DNA from: Octopus sinensis
Taxonomy: Eukaryota
DNA: 64,000 nucleotides
NCBI RefSeq assembly: GCF_006345805.1
Contig: NC_043015.1
Coordinates: forward strand, 52,452,001 to 52,516,000
Direction of reading: 5' to 3'
Under the pieces are notes generated by a model. It was not told where the DNA came from, did not search any database, and saw nothing but the letters and a program-made list of their open reading frames with translations. Positions 29,242 to 44,048 of the stretch are shown one piece after another; position 1 is the stretch's first letter, and each line of letters opens with the position of its first letter. The position numbers were made by a program, and so were the translations under genes.

Positions 29242-30956
29242 TTTATAAAAACAAAAGAAGTAAAAAAAGACCATCGGATTGAAATTCTTTCGATGACAGG
29301 GTTTCACCCCAAACTAAAACAGTGTTTTCATTTTTTGTTTTTTTTCTTTGATAACAATGTATATATAATACAAGAAATAAACAAAAAAACAATTTAAAAA
29401 AAAAAGAAATTTCTGTTGTTTCTTAATATTTATGGATTATTATTATTATTTCTTTCGTTTTTTTTTTAATCTTTCTTTCTGTACCACATGGTTTCTTCTT
29501 CCGACCAGCAAAAAATGAGGGGAGGGGGTTCGCCCCACGCCAAAAAAGAAAAAGATTTAAACAACAGGACATAACAAAAAAAAAAATTAAAATGTAATAA
29601 AACATAAAAAATATGAAAACAAAAATGTTTCAAAATATTTTTGAGAAAAAAATGACGACGTTTACACTAATTAACTAGAGACTGACTCTGGCGTTATCTC
29701 TGCCCAAAATGTTGGTGAATTTAGAATTTAGTGTGAAATGAGGGATGGAAAAAAAAATAACCCTCAATAATAAAATCAGCATTAGAATTATTGGTTTCTT
29801 TTGGTTAAGGGCAAGGCCCGTATATAATATTTCCTTTTCTTTTAAGTAGAGGGGAAAATCAGACGTTAAGACGTCCATAACCTTTCCATTGGGAGGATGG
29901 TAACATTAGCGGTGTAAGCAAAGTGAAATAAATGACTTCAACCGAGAATCAAAACCGGGTCGCAGTTTCGGTTCTCTGGGAGGGTACCACTTGTTCTGCA
30001 TTATGGCACTCGCCACAATTAGCATGACAATTATTTTGTAGGTCGTCTGGACAATAGGTAAAATAAATTTTCAAAAATAGAAAATAGATAAAAAGAGGGT
30101 GAGCAAGCACCAGACTCTTTTATTTTTGTTCTGTTTTTTTTTTTTTTCCATTTTAATTAAGAAGGAATGATGTTAACTTGTAGTGATTTGGAGTAGGATA
30201 ATGGTATAAGAAAAGACAGGAAGAAGTTTTCATGAATCGTTTTGGAACAAGACTGAAGATCATAAACAGTGGAACAAGAAAGAATGGAAGATAAAAGCAA
30301 ATACTGAGAAAGAGATGAAGAAAAGAAACAGAAGACAGAAGATAAAAGAGAGCTGAAACAGATTCACCTCTCTCCAAAATAATGCTTCCTTCAATGGGCA
30401 TGATGCCTGTAGACTTCATAGGGGCAACTGAATAGAGATGTTCTTGTAGTGCCTGTGTCCGTCTCATTGGCATTAGAAATGTGGATAGTACATACAAAGT
30501 CATCCACAAGAAAAAAGAGAAAATGGTGATTAGAGACCATCAGAGAGAGAGAGACAGAGAATAGAGAATCTTTACAGAAATTTGAAAGTACTGAGATAGC
30601 AATCAAAACATTGAAACGCAGATAATTATTTGAAAAATGAGGAATAAACAACGAACACAGTTCACAGCCAAGAGTGAAGGTTTTCTGGCAAGTGTGTTAA
30701 TTTAGGAAGTCATTGCAAGATGAAAATGAAGAACAGTTTCAAAACCAGACTAGAGGATGTATGGCCCATCTCTCTCTCCTTCTATCTATTATTCCAGTTA
30801 ACTTACATTGTTAAGCATGAGAATTAAGGAAAGGACAGAATAACTGTTTGGAATCATAAATCAAGTTATGTATATATACGAGTATACATACACACATATA
30901 TACATATGCACAAATTCATATTTATACAAAAAGAAAATAGAATAACACAAACTGAC

Positions 30957-30989
<33 letters not shown>

Positions 30990-31676
30990 GAGAAAGAAAA
31001 AAGGAAAATGAAGAGGTGGGTAAGTGGATATATTTTTCTTACCACAAACCCGACAATAAGATTAAGATTTGGACGATTCATCTGGGCAAGACGGAGAATT
31101 TGTTGGTTTTATGTATTGCAAACCAACATAATGTAAGTCTTGATAACAAAAATCCCATTGGAGATAAGGGCTGTGAAGTTTATCAACACATGAAAACAAT
31201 ACTACTATACATTACTATTACTACTGTTACTATGGACATTGCTTGTTGTTGTTGTTGTTGTAACCACCTTCGTTATGTAGCGGAGGGCAGGAAATTATTA
31301 GGATGTAAGAGCATCCAGTTGCTATTTTGAATAAGTAATGTTCTAAATGTATTGTTAGTGTGGCTTTTGTTCTGTGACAATGAAACAAAGCCATAGGAGT
31401 CCATTCAGGTATGCAGAGGGGTTTAGCATGTATGAACGAGGGCACACGTCTGAGTGCATACGCATGCGGATACAATGCACCACTTTAATAATTGGCTGGT
31501 GTGAAGTGTACTTTAGAATGGAAGTAGATATCTTCCATATTACATCCTACAAGTCTGGTTACTGTTTCAGTGAGCTCTGACTGAGCATACCTAAGATCAA
31601 AGGCATCTCAGCCATGACCATCTTTTCATTTCCAGACATTGTGTGTGTATATGTATATATATGTATATATATATAT

Positions 31677-31785
31677 TGGCCTGCTCGCTTAGCCAGTGGG
31701 GTGGCGTCATTCGAAGGCTAAAACAATGCGAACGCATTGTGACCAGCGATGTGTAACTACATCTGATGGACTGGTCGGTCACGTG

Positions 31786-31787
<2 letters not shown>
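31677..31787. repeat. Short GC-rich interspersed element with two hairpins, embedded in (TA)n
   Basis: ACAATGCG-AA-CGCATTGT (31723-31740), then GTGACCAG..GATGT..ACATC..CTGGTCGGTCAC. Confidence 0.6.
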
Positions 31788-31871
<84 letters not shown>

Positions 31872-33780
31872 TATATATATATGTATGTATTTATGTATGT
31901 ATAGGAATACATTAGCCAATACAACCCACCATTTTCGTCTTTTTCGCAAGAGTGTACAGTATAATTTGAGAGATTTGCTGCAATCACTAGCAGGTCAAGC
32001 AACCACATATAGGTCGCTTTCATTGGCTTGTCCCATTAGTTTGATTATGGGGACAAGTGGTAACATACTCTCTTTTTTCATTTCAATAGGGGATGGGGAC
32101 CATGAAAAAAAAAAAAGAAAAAGAAAAAAAAGGTGAAGATTGGCTGTTTTAGGGATGCAATCGAAATATATACAATTTTTTTCCCAGAAATATTTCTTTT
32201 GCAAGGCATTGCAAGGAACATCACCAAACAAGAGAGGTGAGCCAATCTGATTCTAGCCCCACCAAGAAAATAGTTGCAGACTTCTTAAGAAAGACTGACA
32301 TACATAGAAACATACATACATACATATATATATATATATAAAATGACATACATTATATATACATATGTCCATACATTATATATGCACATAAATTACATAT
32401 ATATATATATAAATATATGAACATACATTATATATATATATATATACGTACATACATTACATACACATATATATAGATGTATATATCAGGTCGTATATTT
32501 CCTCCTTCCTGATTTATTCATTTAGTCTTGGTGCAAGTGTGAAGTTCGCTATAATTCATCATAAATAAATTTTGGGCGGAAAACTATTCACAATCATACA
32601 ATGAATTTATTACTTATTATCATTATTACAGATATTCAAAAATGTCTCCTTTAAAGTAAAATATTTTCACGTTCAAAAATTTAAACCAATTCTTACTCAT
32701 AACGAAGAATTCATATACAATGTGATGTTGACAACAACACTGCAGTATCTTTTATATATATATATATATTATATATATACATATAATTATATATGTGCTA
32801 TATATACACAGACTGAAAGAGAGTAAAGTGTGACTAAATATAAAGATTACATACAATAAAACTTCACTTATTTTACTCATTATAAACTTAAGACTTCCCA
32901 CACAAACATGCACAAAAAGTTTTTCTTACTCTCAAAACTAAGACATCAACAACAAAACTACTACAATATTTTTCGTTTCTTTTTTTCCATGCTTTTTGCG
33001 TTTTTTTGTTTGTATTTCTTTTTTTACAAAAATGATGTCTGCGAGCAAAAAGAAAAATGCCTCACTCCTATTTTTCACGGCAGTCCTTGGGCTTGATGTG
33101 GGGCCTTATTCAAAACAGAACAGGACGGCAGCGCAAACAGCAAGGGCGGTTGAAATATGACAACCCGAATGTTAAGGACACAAATTAATGATGCTGAACT
33201 ACCCCCTCCCCACCACCATTGGAAACAACTGGACATAAAAATATGGTTCGAAATAGTTCTAGAACCATCGGTACATGGCAGTCCACAGCAGTAAACCTTG
33301 AGTTATGTGAGCGAGTTTCTTGTGTGTTGGGTATATATACATATACACACATAACATTGTTTTTGAATTCAAAAATGTGCTTGTGGTAGAAGTATGTTAT
33401 ATGATTGTGTGTGTGTGTGTATGTGTGTGTGAGAGAGAGAGAGAGAGAGTCTGTATGCAGTAACCTAAGAAACATTGGGGGTTATACATCTCAGACTAGA
33501 TGTATAAACATTCTTAGCCATGTATATTGTATGAATTTGCAACACTTGTACCAAAGTGTTCACCCAGATAGATGTGTGTGTGTATGTGTGTGAGAGAGAG
33601 AGGGAGAGAGAGAATTTGTGTAAGTAATTGTGATGAAAAAAAAATGGATTAGGATAGAAAGAATGAACTAGAATCAGTCAAACAAGAATAACTTCATACC
33701 AGTTTTGGGAATAGGGCATTGTTTTTTTTTAAAGTCTTTATCACAACTAGGCACAGGGGATCTTACTACAAATATGTCTC

Positions 33781-33813
<33 letters not shown>

Positions 33814-34399
33814 TCAGACAGAAGAGAGGAGTGAAATGAAGGAGAGTGACAGTGAGAAATATTTCATTCAATTAAATTAATGGTTTTACACTTAACCATT
33901 ATGTATTAGAACAAAAGACAAAAACTTGAAAGAGATTAAATTTGATTTTAAAGACAAAGTAGAGAGAAAGGTAGAAAGACAAAAAATAGGAAGTAAAAAA
34001 TCGCAGGGGAAGTAGAGACAGAAAGAAAACATTAATCCTTACAATACAGGCTGTTTTTATAAACTGAGGTGGGGTGGGGTGGATTCTCACAAGGTTTTAT
34101 TCTCTTTTATTGAGCTTTGTGGCGACAATAAATGAAATTTCAAATCGGAATCAAACCTCAGCACTACTCACACACAGCACATATTAAAGAAGAAAGCTGG
34201 GAATGTCAACCCCACCTGTAATGACCAAAATATGTTGAATAGTTTTAAATGACATGGTGAGAGAGAGAGAGAGAGAGGGAGGGAGGAGATGGAGGGAGAC
34301 ATTGTGTAACTGTCAGAGACAGAAGAGATACACACAAAAAATAGAAAAAAAAATGGGGTTGGAAAGGTGCAGAGATAACGCCCGGCCACAACGTATATA

Positions 34400-34439
<40 letters not shown>

Positions 34440-35479
34440 TATATATATACACATATATATATATATTCTACTGTCTACGATAACTACTACAGTTTGGATG
34501 TTGAGTAAAAATATCACAAATGCTATCATATGGTGAAGTTATTATCTAATACAAGATTAACACCACAGACGATGCCATCATGTTTTTTTTTTATAATGGC
34601 TCGTTTAAAATTTTATTAATATCATATTTTTTTGTTTGTTTTCAAATTTTTTTTTCAAAGATTTTAGGTTAAATTTTATAATTATTTGAAATTTTTTTTT
34701 TTTTGAAATTATTTTTTTCCTTTCACTTTTTGAAATTGGAAGGTTTGTCCTTTGTCAAATTCAAAAAAATATTAAATATCATCATTGTCTGAAATTTCCA
34801 ATAGTTTCCAACCATGATTTTGAATTCCCCCATAATTTCTAAAATGAAAAAAAAAAGACAAAAAATAGTCTTAAAAATTATTTAGAAAAAAAAAACACTT
34901 TTTTTTCAAAAAATCAAATACACTTTTCAATTTCTTTTATGCATAATTATACATTCATATAAATATGTATGTTTATGTGTGTGTGTTTATGAATGCATGT
35001 GTGTTTATATATACATATATATACATATACGTACATACAGCAACATGCATGCAAACACATTAACCATACATGCATATATATATACAAATACATTTGTATA
35101 TGTTGTATGCACACATGCATATGTATATATGCATGCAGGCACATACACACACATAGATGCATACAAACATTTAAATTTACATTTATGTACACACAAAAAG
35201 TACATGTGCATTTATATATACACAAACACACACATGTATGTACAAGATTATATATATATATATATATATAAATACATACACACATATACATATATACATA
35301 CACACATATATAAAATATACATATGTATGTATTAGGAAGATGAAGTATAGAAAGAAGGGAAAATGCTTCTTACACACCTTTGACCTATTAAAGGTTTATG
35401 CAGTTTTAAAAAAATGAAACAACAAAAAAATATACTGCCCCCCCACCCACCAAAACAAACTATAATAAGAATAATAATT

Positions 35480-35707
35480 TCTAATACAGGCACAAAGGCC
35501 GAGCCTTGTGAGTGGGGGCAGAAGAGTTTAGTTGATTAAATCAACCCCAGTACTTGACTGGTACTTTATTTCATTGACCCTCACCGGAGAGTTGAAAGGC
35601 AAAGTTGGCCTTGCCGGGATTTGAACAGAGAACCTAAAGAGTTGAAACTGAATACCGAAAAGTATTTTGTTTCGGCATTCTAATAAGTCTGCCAATCCAC
35701 CATCTTT
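35480..35707 (-). mobile_element. SINE family A
   Basis: AACCCCAGTACTTGACTGGTACT...GAAAGGCAAAGTTGGCCTTGCCGGGATTTGAAC. Confidence 0.7.
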
Positions 35708-36379
35708 AATAATAATAATAATAATAATAAAAAATCATAATAAATCATAACATCACTCCAATATCAAGGTGGGCTTCTTTCTTGTGTATGTGTGTGCATG
35801 TGTATTTTAATTCTTTTTATCAAGTTTCTGTGAAGAATTTGGATGGTTTCTGAACCAAGATGAATGAATAGATTTTTTAAACACCAAACAATTGTTTTAG
35901 TACAACTGAAATAAAGACCACCAGGAGAATATTTATATATTTATACACCCATGCATTTATACAGACACACATATGTGTATATGTATATAGAAATATATAT
36001 ATATATGCACACACATAAAACACACACACAGATTTTTGTGATTTGTTTTCTTCTTTGTTTCATTGTCTCTCTTTTTTTTCATTTTTTTTGTTTGCTTTTG
36101 TTGTTGTGGTTGTTGTTATTGTCTTTTCAAGCTCAATTTGCTGGCAATAATGAAGGAATTAACGACATACAAAAACAAAAGTATAAAATATTTAAAAAAA
36201 ACAATACTTCTTAAAATGCCCCACACCAAAAAATTAAAGAGAATATACATACATATATTATATATATATATAATATATATTCTATATATATATATATATA
36301 TATATTACACACACAAACATACACACACACACACACACACACAAATCTCCAGCTTATAATAATAATGATAACAATAATT

Positions 36380-36600
36380 CTTACATAGGTGAAAGGCCAG
36401 AAATTTTGTGAGTGGGGTAGAAATCAGGAAAGTTAGCTGATTAAATTAATCCTTAGTATTTGACTGGTATCAAATTTTATGTACCATAGTAGAATGAAAG
36501 GCAAAGTTATCTTTGGTGGGATTTGATGAGTGATCGTAAGTAAACACCACAAGGCATTTCCTTTTGACTGAGACTATTTGTTGAATCTTCCACTCTACCA
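36380..36600 (-). mobile_element. SINE family A, degenerate
   Basis: GGCCAGAAATTTT...GACTGGTA...GAATGAAAGGCAAAGTT...GGGATTTGA. Confidence 0.6.
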
Positions 36601-37387
36601 TAATAATAATAATAATAATAATGATAATTGTTTGTTTTTTTTTTAAAAAAGGTAGGTGTGTAATTTTCAGAATTGATTATTACTGAAATAAAAGTACATA
36701 GAGGAAAAGAAGATGTGGAGGCGTTCATGTGTCTTTTTTGTAAGTAAGTTGAGTAAATACCCTCCCAACCACCCAAGGGTGGGCATTAGCAATGAACAAT
36801 GGAGAGGGAAGTGATTCTTTTCTTCTCAATCAGCCAAGTGTTGAAACAAGGAGGGAGAACAAAGCTGGATACCTTGATGGCCAATATGAGAAACCCTTAG
36901 CGAGTGTGAGGCATGCAAAGGGATGCCCTTGTTAGCCAACACCCCTATCATTTCACTAGCCCTTCACACAGACATATACCATTTGCTATGATCCTTATGA
37001 TGATATTGTCGATGATGATGATGATGATAATTATATTTATTACCTCTCAATAGAGCTACAAATTTAAGGTGACATGGTGGTGGAGGCTAGTTGAATAAGA
37101 ATCTGTGGCATTAATGCCTTCATCATGATTACTATAGGATTAATTTGGTTCAAAAACGTATTCATGAGGATAATAATAATGATGATGATGATGTTTGCAA
37201 CATATATGGCATATGGCCAACTATTTTAAAATGGGGAGCAGGAGCAGAGTCCAGCCCCAGTATATGACAGCTACTTATTATAACAGTTTCTAGAAGGATG
37301 ACCAGCTAAGTCAGACCCAGCTGGAAGAAACTCACTGCTGCAATAATGGTTTTCTAACACACACACACACATATAAATATATGAGAG

Positions 37388-37427
<40 letters not shown>

Positions 37428-37752
37428 ATATATACACCACCCACACACAAAGAGAAACACACATACATATATGTATACATATACATGTATACACACACAT
37501 ATATATATAAACACATACAACAGTAAGCTAAAAGAACAATGTCATTAGGGTAGTGGGATGGAGATTGGGACTAAAGACCCAAAGGTTGAGCAGTAAAGAA
37601 GAAAAAATATATATTTAGCTTGATTCAAGGTAATCTAAACATTGATAAATTGGTTTTAGAAGTGTACACTTTCATATGAATAGAAGGAAAATACACGTGT
37701 GTGTATGCATGTATATATATATATGTATGTACATATATATGAATATGTATGT

Positions 37753-37786
<34 letters not shown>

Positions 37787-38187
37787 TGCATACATACATG
37801 CATGCATGCATGCACAATCATGCATGCGTGTATTTTAGAATGGATGTCAAGTGTGTGCCACATTGATGGACGGAGGAATATATATGGATGTCTGTGTAAT
37901 TCCTGTAAATATCTGAAAGAAATGGTCTTAAGGTAATAATAACAATAATAATAATTATCAGCATTATTATTATCACCATCATCATCATTATTAATATTAT
38001 TATCATCATTATATAGTTAGCAGTTTGAATATAAGGGTTTTATCATTATTATAAATGAAGATATCATTATTTGTGATATAATTCCAAGTTATGCATGAGT
38101 TTAGAGTTTAGTAAAAATGGGGATTTTTTCCATATGTGCCTCACATGACAAACATTTCAAAGCTAGAGAGAAAACAGAACATAGATA

Positions 38188-38269
<82 letters not shown>

Positions 38270-38941
38270 GGGGGAGAGAGAGTAGGAAGAATAAAGGTAA
38301 GGAGGAAAAGAGAGAATAAAAGGGGTGAGAAGGGATAGAATGGTATAAAGAAAAAATGTATTAAGGAAACAAAAAAAGGAATACTTTTCATTTACTTTCT
38401 TTTTTAATTAGGTTTTTTTTGTCTTTTATTATTTAAAAAAAACAATATATTTCCATGGATAAAGGAGGGAAAGAAACTGGTAGGTTTGCAAAATCTGTAC
38501 AGTTTTAGTGCACAGCTGTCACCCAGTGTATGTGTGTGTGTATGTGTGTGTGTGTGTGTGAGTGCATGCACATACATGCATATATATATATATATATATG
38601 TAATTTGAGGATTTTAATTATCCATCAGATATAATAAATTTATATGTCCAATAAAAAACAAAATTTTAAATAATTAAAAATAAAGTTTTTTGAGATGAAA
38701 GTGGGGTGGGGAAGATTAATTTAGGCCTGGGATAGGAAGAGATTAGAGTTGTGTCTGTGTTTTCCCTACAGCCTTTTACAACAGTTATTCATTATTATTA
38801 TTACTATTATCATTATTATTATTATAATTACTGTTTTTGATTTTTTAATTTTTCAAATTTATTTTTTTTTTACAAACAAGAGACTGGAGAGTGATAAAGG
38901 TATTGCCATCACATTTCACCTGCTGGCAACTCCCAAGTACC

Positions 38942-38978
<37 letters not shown>

Positions 38979-40269
38979 GTGTATATATGTATATATACAT
39001 ATGTCTATTTATTTATGGATGGCTAAAATAGTAACTTTACAGAATACACAAGATAAAGAACAAGAGCCAGAACAATAACAACAATGACAACAACAACAAC
39101 AACAACAAAAAGATTGTAAAACAAAAGAAGAAAAACAGCAACTAAATTGTTTTTTTCTTTCAAGTTTTCAAAGAGTGAGTACATTTTCTCATTTAAAAGT
39201 ACATCTTATGTTTCCATTGCTCACAATGGCTCAAGTCCACAGGTTTGAAACTGATTCAGTTGGTTAGAGGCAACCCAGTGAGTAACTTGGTACAGTTTTT
39301 TAAAATCAACCACTGAACATATATGTAAAGCAAATTTATTCCAACCATGATTTGAACTCATGCAGAATGCCACCAGAGAAGAGAGACGAAAAAATAAAAT
39401 ACATTAAGGCATTTTATTAAGTCCTTCAGTCCACTGGCTCTGCTAGTCCATCATTTTACTTTCATCACATATGATGATGATGATGATGATGATGAGGCTG
39501 AAGTGAGGGATGGGTGGGAAATTAAAGGATTTATGGAGAAAAGAACGTTAGTCTAATGGAGACTATTGTGATGATGGTGGTGGTAGGTGTAGTGGTAAAA
39601 ATACTTCTTTGAGCTCTCAAGATCAAGTTTTTATTGAGAGCCAACAACTTCAACGGTGGGGACTGTGGAGTCATGACCTGAAAATCAAATTAACCAGCTT
39701 CTCCAGACAAATATTTTAATTTAAAACAGATTTTTTTTTCTGAACCAATGTTAGTGGTTGGTTGTATCAATCAAGAGCATGTGTAACTTTATGGATACAT
39801 ACTCTTATGTCCACACACATATATGTGTGTTTTCTATGGAGATTTAAGTTCTTTGCAGAATTGAAGCTGGTTAGTGTCAAAGTGTTTAAGTCAAGACAAC
39901 TTAGGGAATTGGTGAATATGTGTGTCAGTGTCTCCATATACATATGTATCAATATACTCACAGTTGTGTAACGAATGCATGTTCATTTTAGTATACTCGT
40001 GTGTATTTTGATTCCTCTTTATGTAAAGTGCTTTTGTATGTCATATGTACATGTGATTGTGAGCATATGTTCATTCTGAGAAACTCAATTGAAGAATTTC
40101 TAGAATGTTTTAGAATTCTTCACTGTATCATGAAATCAATTGGGTTTGGAGGATGTACATACATTATGCATGTATGTAGTTTTGTATATGTGTAGACATA
40201 CATACTTAAGAGCTACCAATACATGACTTGATAAATAAGATGATAGGGCTATCATCTTTAAACATCACT

Positions 40270-40530
40270 GGTTTGCACCTTGGTCATGTCACCATGCCAA
40301 TGGGCAAGGTATATAACACTGCATGAACTGTCACACAGACCAAACTTGTCAGAAAATAGTTACCACAGAGTAAGGTAGAAACAGACAGCTTTAAGTAGTG
40401 GTAGCATTGTGTAACAGAGGAGTGTTTCACATATTTGTAAAGTTGACTTAAAAAACTCATTCCTAGGGGTAGAGTGCAGCTTGGACAGTGAAGCAACTCT
40501 GGTAAATTCACTAGCCCTAGATACATACAA
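40270..40530 (-). mobile_element. RTE-type LINE fossil
   Basis: Weak similarity to the RELLPLL...LYDACV...HG region of RTE ORF2. Confidence 0.35.
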
Positions 40531-41522
40531 AAACATGACAAAAAGAAGTCTTCAGCAGTGTTCCAATGATATATAACTCACTATATGTAATTAACAGGGA
40601 CGAGTTAAATATGGATAATGAAAGACATCTGCTACAACTGGTGGTCAGGTTAATCTACAATTTATAGGGTTCCTTCATTGGCTCTAGTTATCCCCATTAT
40701 TGGGGTATTTTTCTTTGTGGCATTTTGTTTTTGTTTTGTTATTTCCCATTTACACCATTTAGTTTTACAAGTTCTAATGTAAACCCTCAGTGTTGTGCCC
40801 TTTCCTTCATATTGTCCTGTCTTCGATCCTTTATGGGTAATGAGCTATTGTTATAACAGTCAGAATGAATTGCCTATATTCTCCCCTAAAAGTATGTAAG
40901 TCTGTGCCTAAGTTAGAAATCATTAGACCTACTGTCACTAACCAAATAATCATGTGTGAAAATTGCACACACACACACACACAGAGCAGAATTCTGAATT
41001 GAGAAGAATGCATCTCAAATATACAAACCACAAACTCACACAATCATAGTGACATCATTGTAATTGTTCATTTATAACCTACATCCCTCTATGTAACAAA
41101 AAAAAAAACCATCCACAGAGACACACACTTGTGGACACTCATATATATATACACATATGATTGCAATCAGTTACAACTGGTGTTTAAACAATGAATGAAA
41201 TAACATAAATATCATAATTTAAGAAATGAAAACCTGGATAGTTTTAAAGAAAATGTACTTTATAACAAATATACACAATCAACCCAAGAAAATATATACT
41301 TAGGTTCATATATAAATATGTGTGTGTAGAGAGAGAAAGAGAGAAAGGAGAGAGATTTTTCTATTAAAGAATTTTTGTATGTGAAATTTGATAAATTAAA
41401 AACAAAAATTATTTATTTCTGTTTTCTTTTGCTTAATTTGCTGTTGTGTGAAACACATGTTTTACAGTTATTGAACATAAAAAAAATGGACTCTTCAATA
41501 ATTTAGCATGCATTACATGTGA

Positions 41523-41555
<33 letters not shown>

Positions 41556-43043
41556 TATGTTTGCAAACAACTGTGTAAATGTATGGCTGTCTTAGAACTT
41601 GGACAAGGAATCTTTTTTTTTGTGTGTGTGTAGTGAGAAGAAATTAAGATAGAGTTTGTATTCTGGAAAAGAAGTTGGAAGGAGCAGCAAAGGGTCAGAG
41701 GTATGAGAACAAAATCCTGGAGATGAATAAACAAAAGATCATAATTATTTTCTTATATAGGCACAGGACCATAATCTGAAGAAGTGGAGGCCCAGTACTT
41801 GACTTACATTTAAGTGATCTTGAGGAGGATCACATGGCCAAGTTGACATCGGCAGCATTTTAAGTAAGAATTTAAGAAGCCAGAAACAAATAGCACTGCT
41901 TTAATGATTCTGGCAATCCACGAATGCGGAAAGCCTCAAATTTTGGGGGGCTTATGGACAAACCTTCTTAACTTCATCATGACAATGTACTCTATTTTAC
42001 CAAATCCAAAAGGAAGAAAGGCTAAAATCGACCACAGTAGCAGGATCTGAACTCAGAATGAGGAGGAGAAACAACAACTAACTACTTATACTAAGAATAA
42101 TAATAATAGTGAAAACAACCTAAATTTGAACAAAATTTAATCTTTTATTTAAAAAAAAAATGTACTCAAACTTATAACTATTTAAGTTCAAGAAGTTTAC
42201 AGATATCAGATGTTAAGATTAAGTTTCACTAAATTCACATTTTCTCTTAATAAACAAACCTAATTTTAACTATGCATATACACATATATGAGTGTGAGTG
42301 TGTGTGTGTGTATATACATACATACACAATATATATATATTGAGTGGGTAGCTTTCAATTCTACGAAGCTCTGATGCAATTCCATTCATTTCACTAAGTC
42401 ACTGAAACCTACTGCCCCCACCCCATCTACTGACTATGATCCAGTCAACTATCCAATAACTCACTGCCATTGACCAGCTACAATGTTTTTCATTTTTAAC
42501 TGCTCCAATGCACCAACTAAACCCCAAACATCAACAACAACAACCTTCGTAGACGGAAATAGATATTGTGTGTGTGTGGATATATGCATGTGCCCATGCC
42601 TATGTGTAAGTGTGGGTATGTATGATGAACATGTGTATATAAATATATATTTATACACGCATACATATATTTAGATATATATGTACATTGCACACACAAA
42701 TACGCAACCAAACATAAAAATCTTTACAAGTCTGTGTGCATGTGCATAACCGGGCGCACTTTTGTATATCTTATTTCTGTGCAAATGTACATGTGTGTGT
42801 GTGTGTGTGTGTGTGAGGGAGGGAGAGAGAGTAATTGAACTTGACAGGCAGGGGTATGCATGTATGTGTTTGTGTGTATAAATTCAAATAGCATAAGAAA
42901 TAAGTACAACCCACCAGCACTACCATCATCATCATCAATATCACCAACACCTCCTTCATCATAATCATCATCATCATCACTACCACCATCATCATCATCA
43001 TCATGGTGGATTGAATGAGAAAAAAAATGTCAGGGCTTTAATA

Positions 43044-43117
43044 TTTATTTTTTCTCCTAATTTTTTTTTTCAAGTTTTGTTTGGGGTGTTGGAGTTCATA
43101 TATATATATATATATAT

Positions 43118-43159
<42 letters not shown>

Positions 43160-43911
43160 TCACACACACATACACACATATTTTGTTCAGTTTTTTTTTT
43201 CTTTCTTTTTTACTTCATCTTCTTTTTTCATCATCTTCTATCAGTTCCTTTAAATGATTGGCCGGATAAAAAGATATCATTATCATCATCATTAATACGA
43301 ATTGTTGCCGTTGTTGTTCTTGTAGTAGTAGTAGTAGTAGTAGTAATAGTAGTTGCTGTAGTAGCAGTAGTAGTAGTAGTAGTAGGCTATGTTGTAGTAC
43401 TCATCCCACCCGCCCCACCCTGTCAGTCATGTAAGACTATTATTAGTACTACTATTACTACTACTACTACTACTACTAACTTCTATTACTGCTACTACTG
43501 CAACTATTAGTACTGCTACATTGATTGAGCCTATTTCTTTTTTTCTTTTTTTTTTTCTTAATCCCCATTTCACATAGACAGACATGTAGATAGATAAATT
43601 GATAGATACTTAGATAGATAGACAGATAGAAAGATAGAGAATGAGAAAGTAAGAGAGTCTAGAATGATCAGTGTAGGCTCCCCACTAAAAATTATAATAA
43701 TAATAGTAATAATAATAATAATAATAATCTTGTAGTGATGCAATAAAACAAAGACGACAATAACAACAACACTGTCCACCGAAGTAATAACAGTAAGAGT
43801 AGTAGTAGTAGTAGTTGTAGTTGTAATAGTGGTTGTAGATGTAGTTGTAATAGAAGTAGTAGAAAGTTGCTGTAGTAGTAGTAGTAGTAGGTCGGCTGCT
43901 GCTGCTGCTTC
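43044..43911 (-). other. mbl: Probable proximal 3' UTR of mbl
   Basis: Follows the stop codon. The first canonical AATAAA on the minus strand that I could find is at 43049-43044. The true 3' end is unknown and could be much further. Confidence 0.45.
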
Positions 43912-44048
43912 TCAAGTGGTCAAGTTGGGAGCAGCAAGGGCTGATAATATAACAGGGATGTGATAGTATTTGCACAGGTGTCTTCGGCACTTCCCCTTAA
44001 CTGAATCACGGCACACAGTCACCTTGCCCTCCGTCACTTCAACATAAT
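43912..44048 (-). CDS. mbl: Muscleblind terminal coding exon: (D)YVEVTEGKVTVCRDSVKGKCRRHLCKYYHIPVILSALAAPNLTT*
   Basis: Long U-rich tract ending ccactttcAG (AG at 44050-44049), phase-matched to the upstream exon. Contains VTVCRD..KG.C.R..CKY.H, typical of MBNL even-numbered fingers. TGA at 43914-43912. Confidence 0.93.

Noticed and set aside
29930-29990. tRNA-like T-arm (CCGGTTTTGATTCTCGG) on minus strand
   Set aside because: No cloverleaf; at most a decayed SINE head.
43894-43911. (CAG)n run directly after the mbl stop codon
   Set aside because: Only 4-5 units, in a genome full of triplet repeats.
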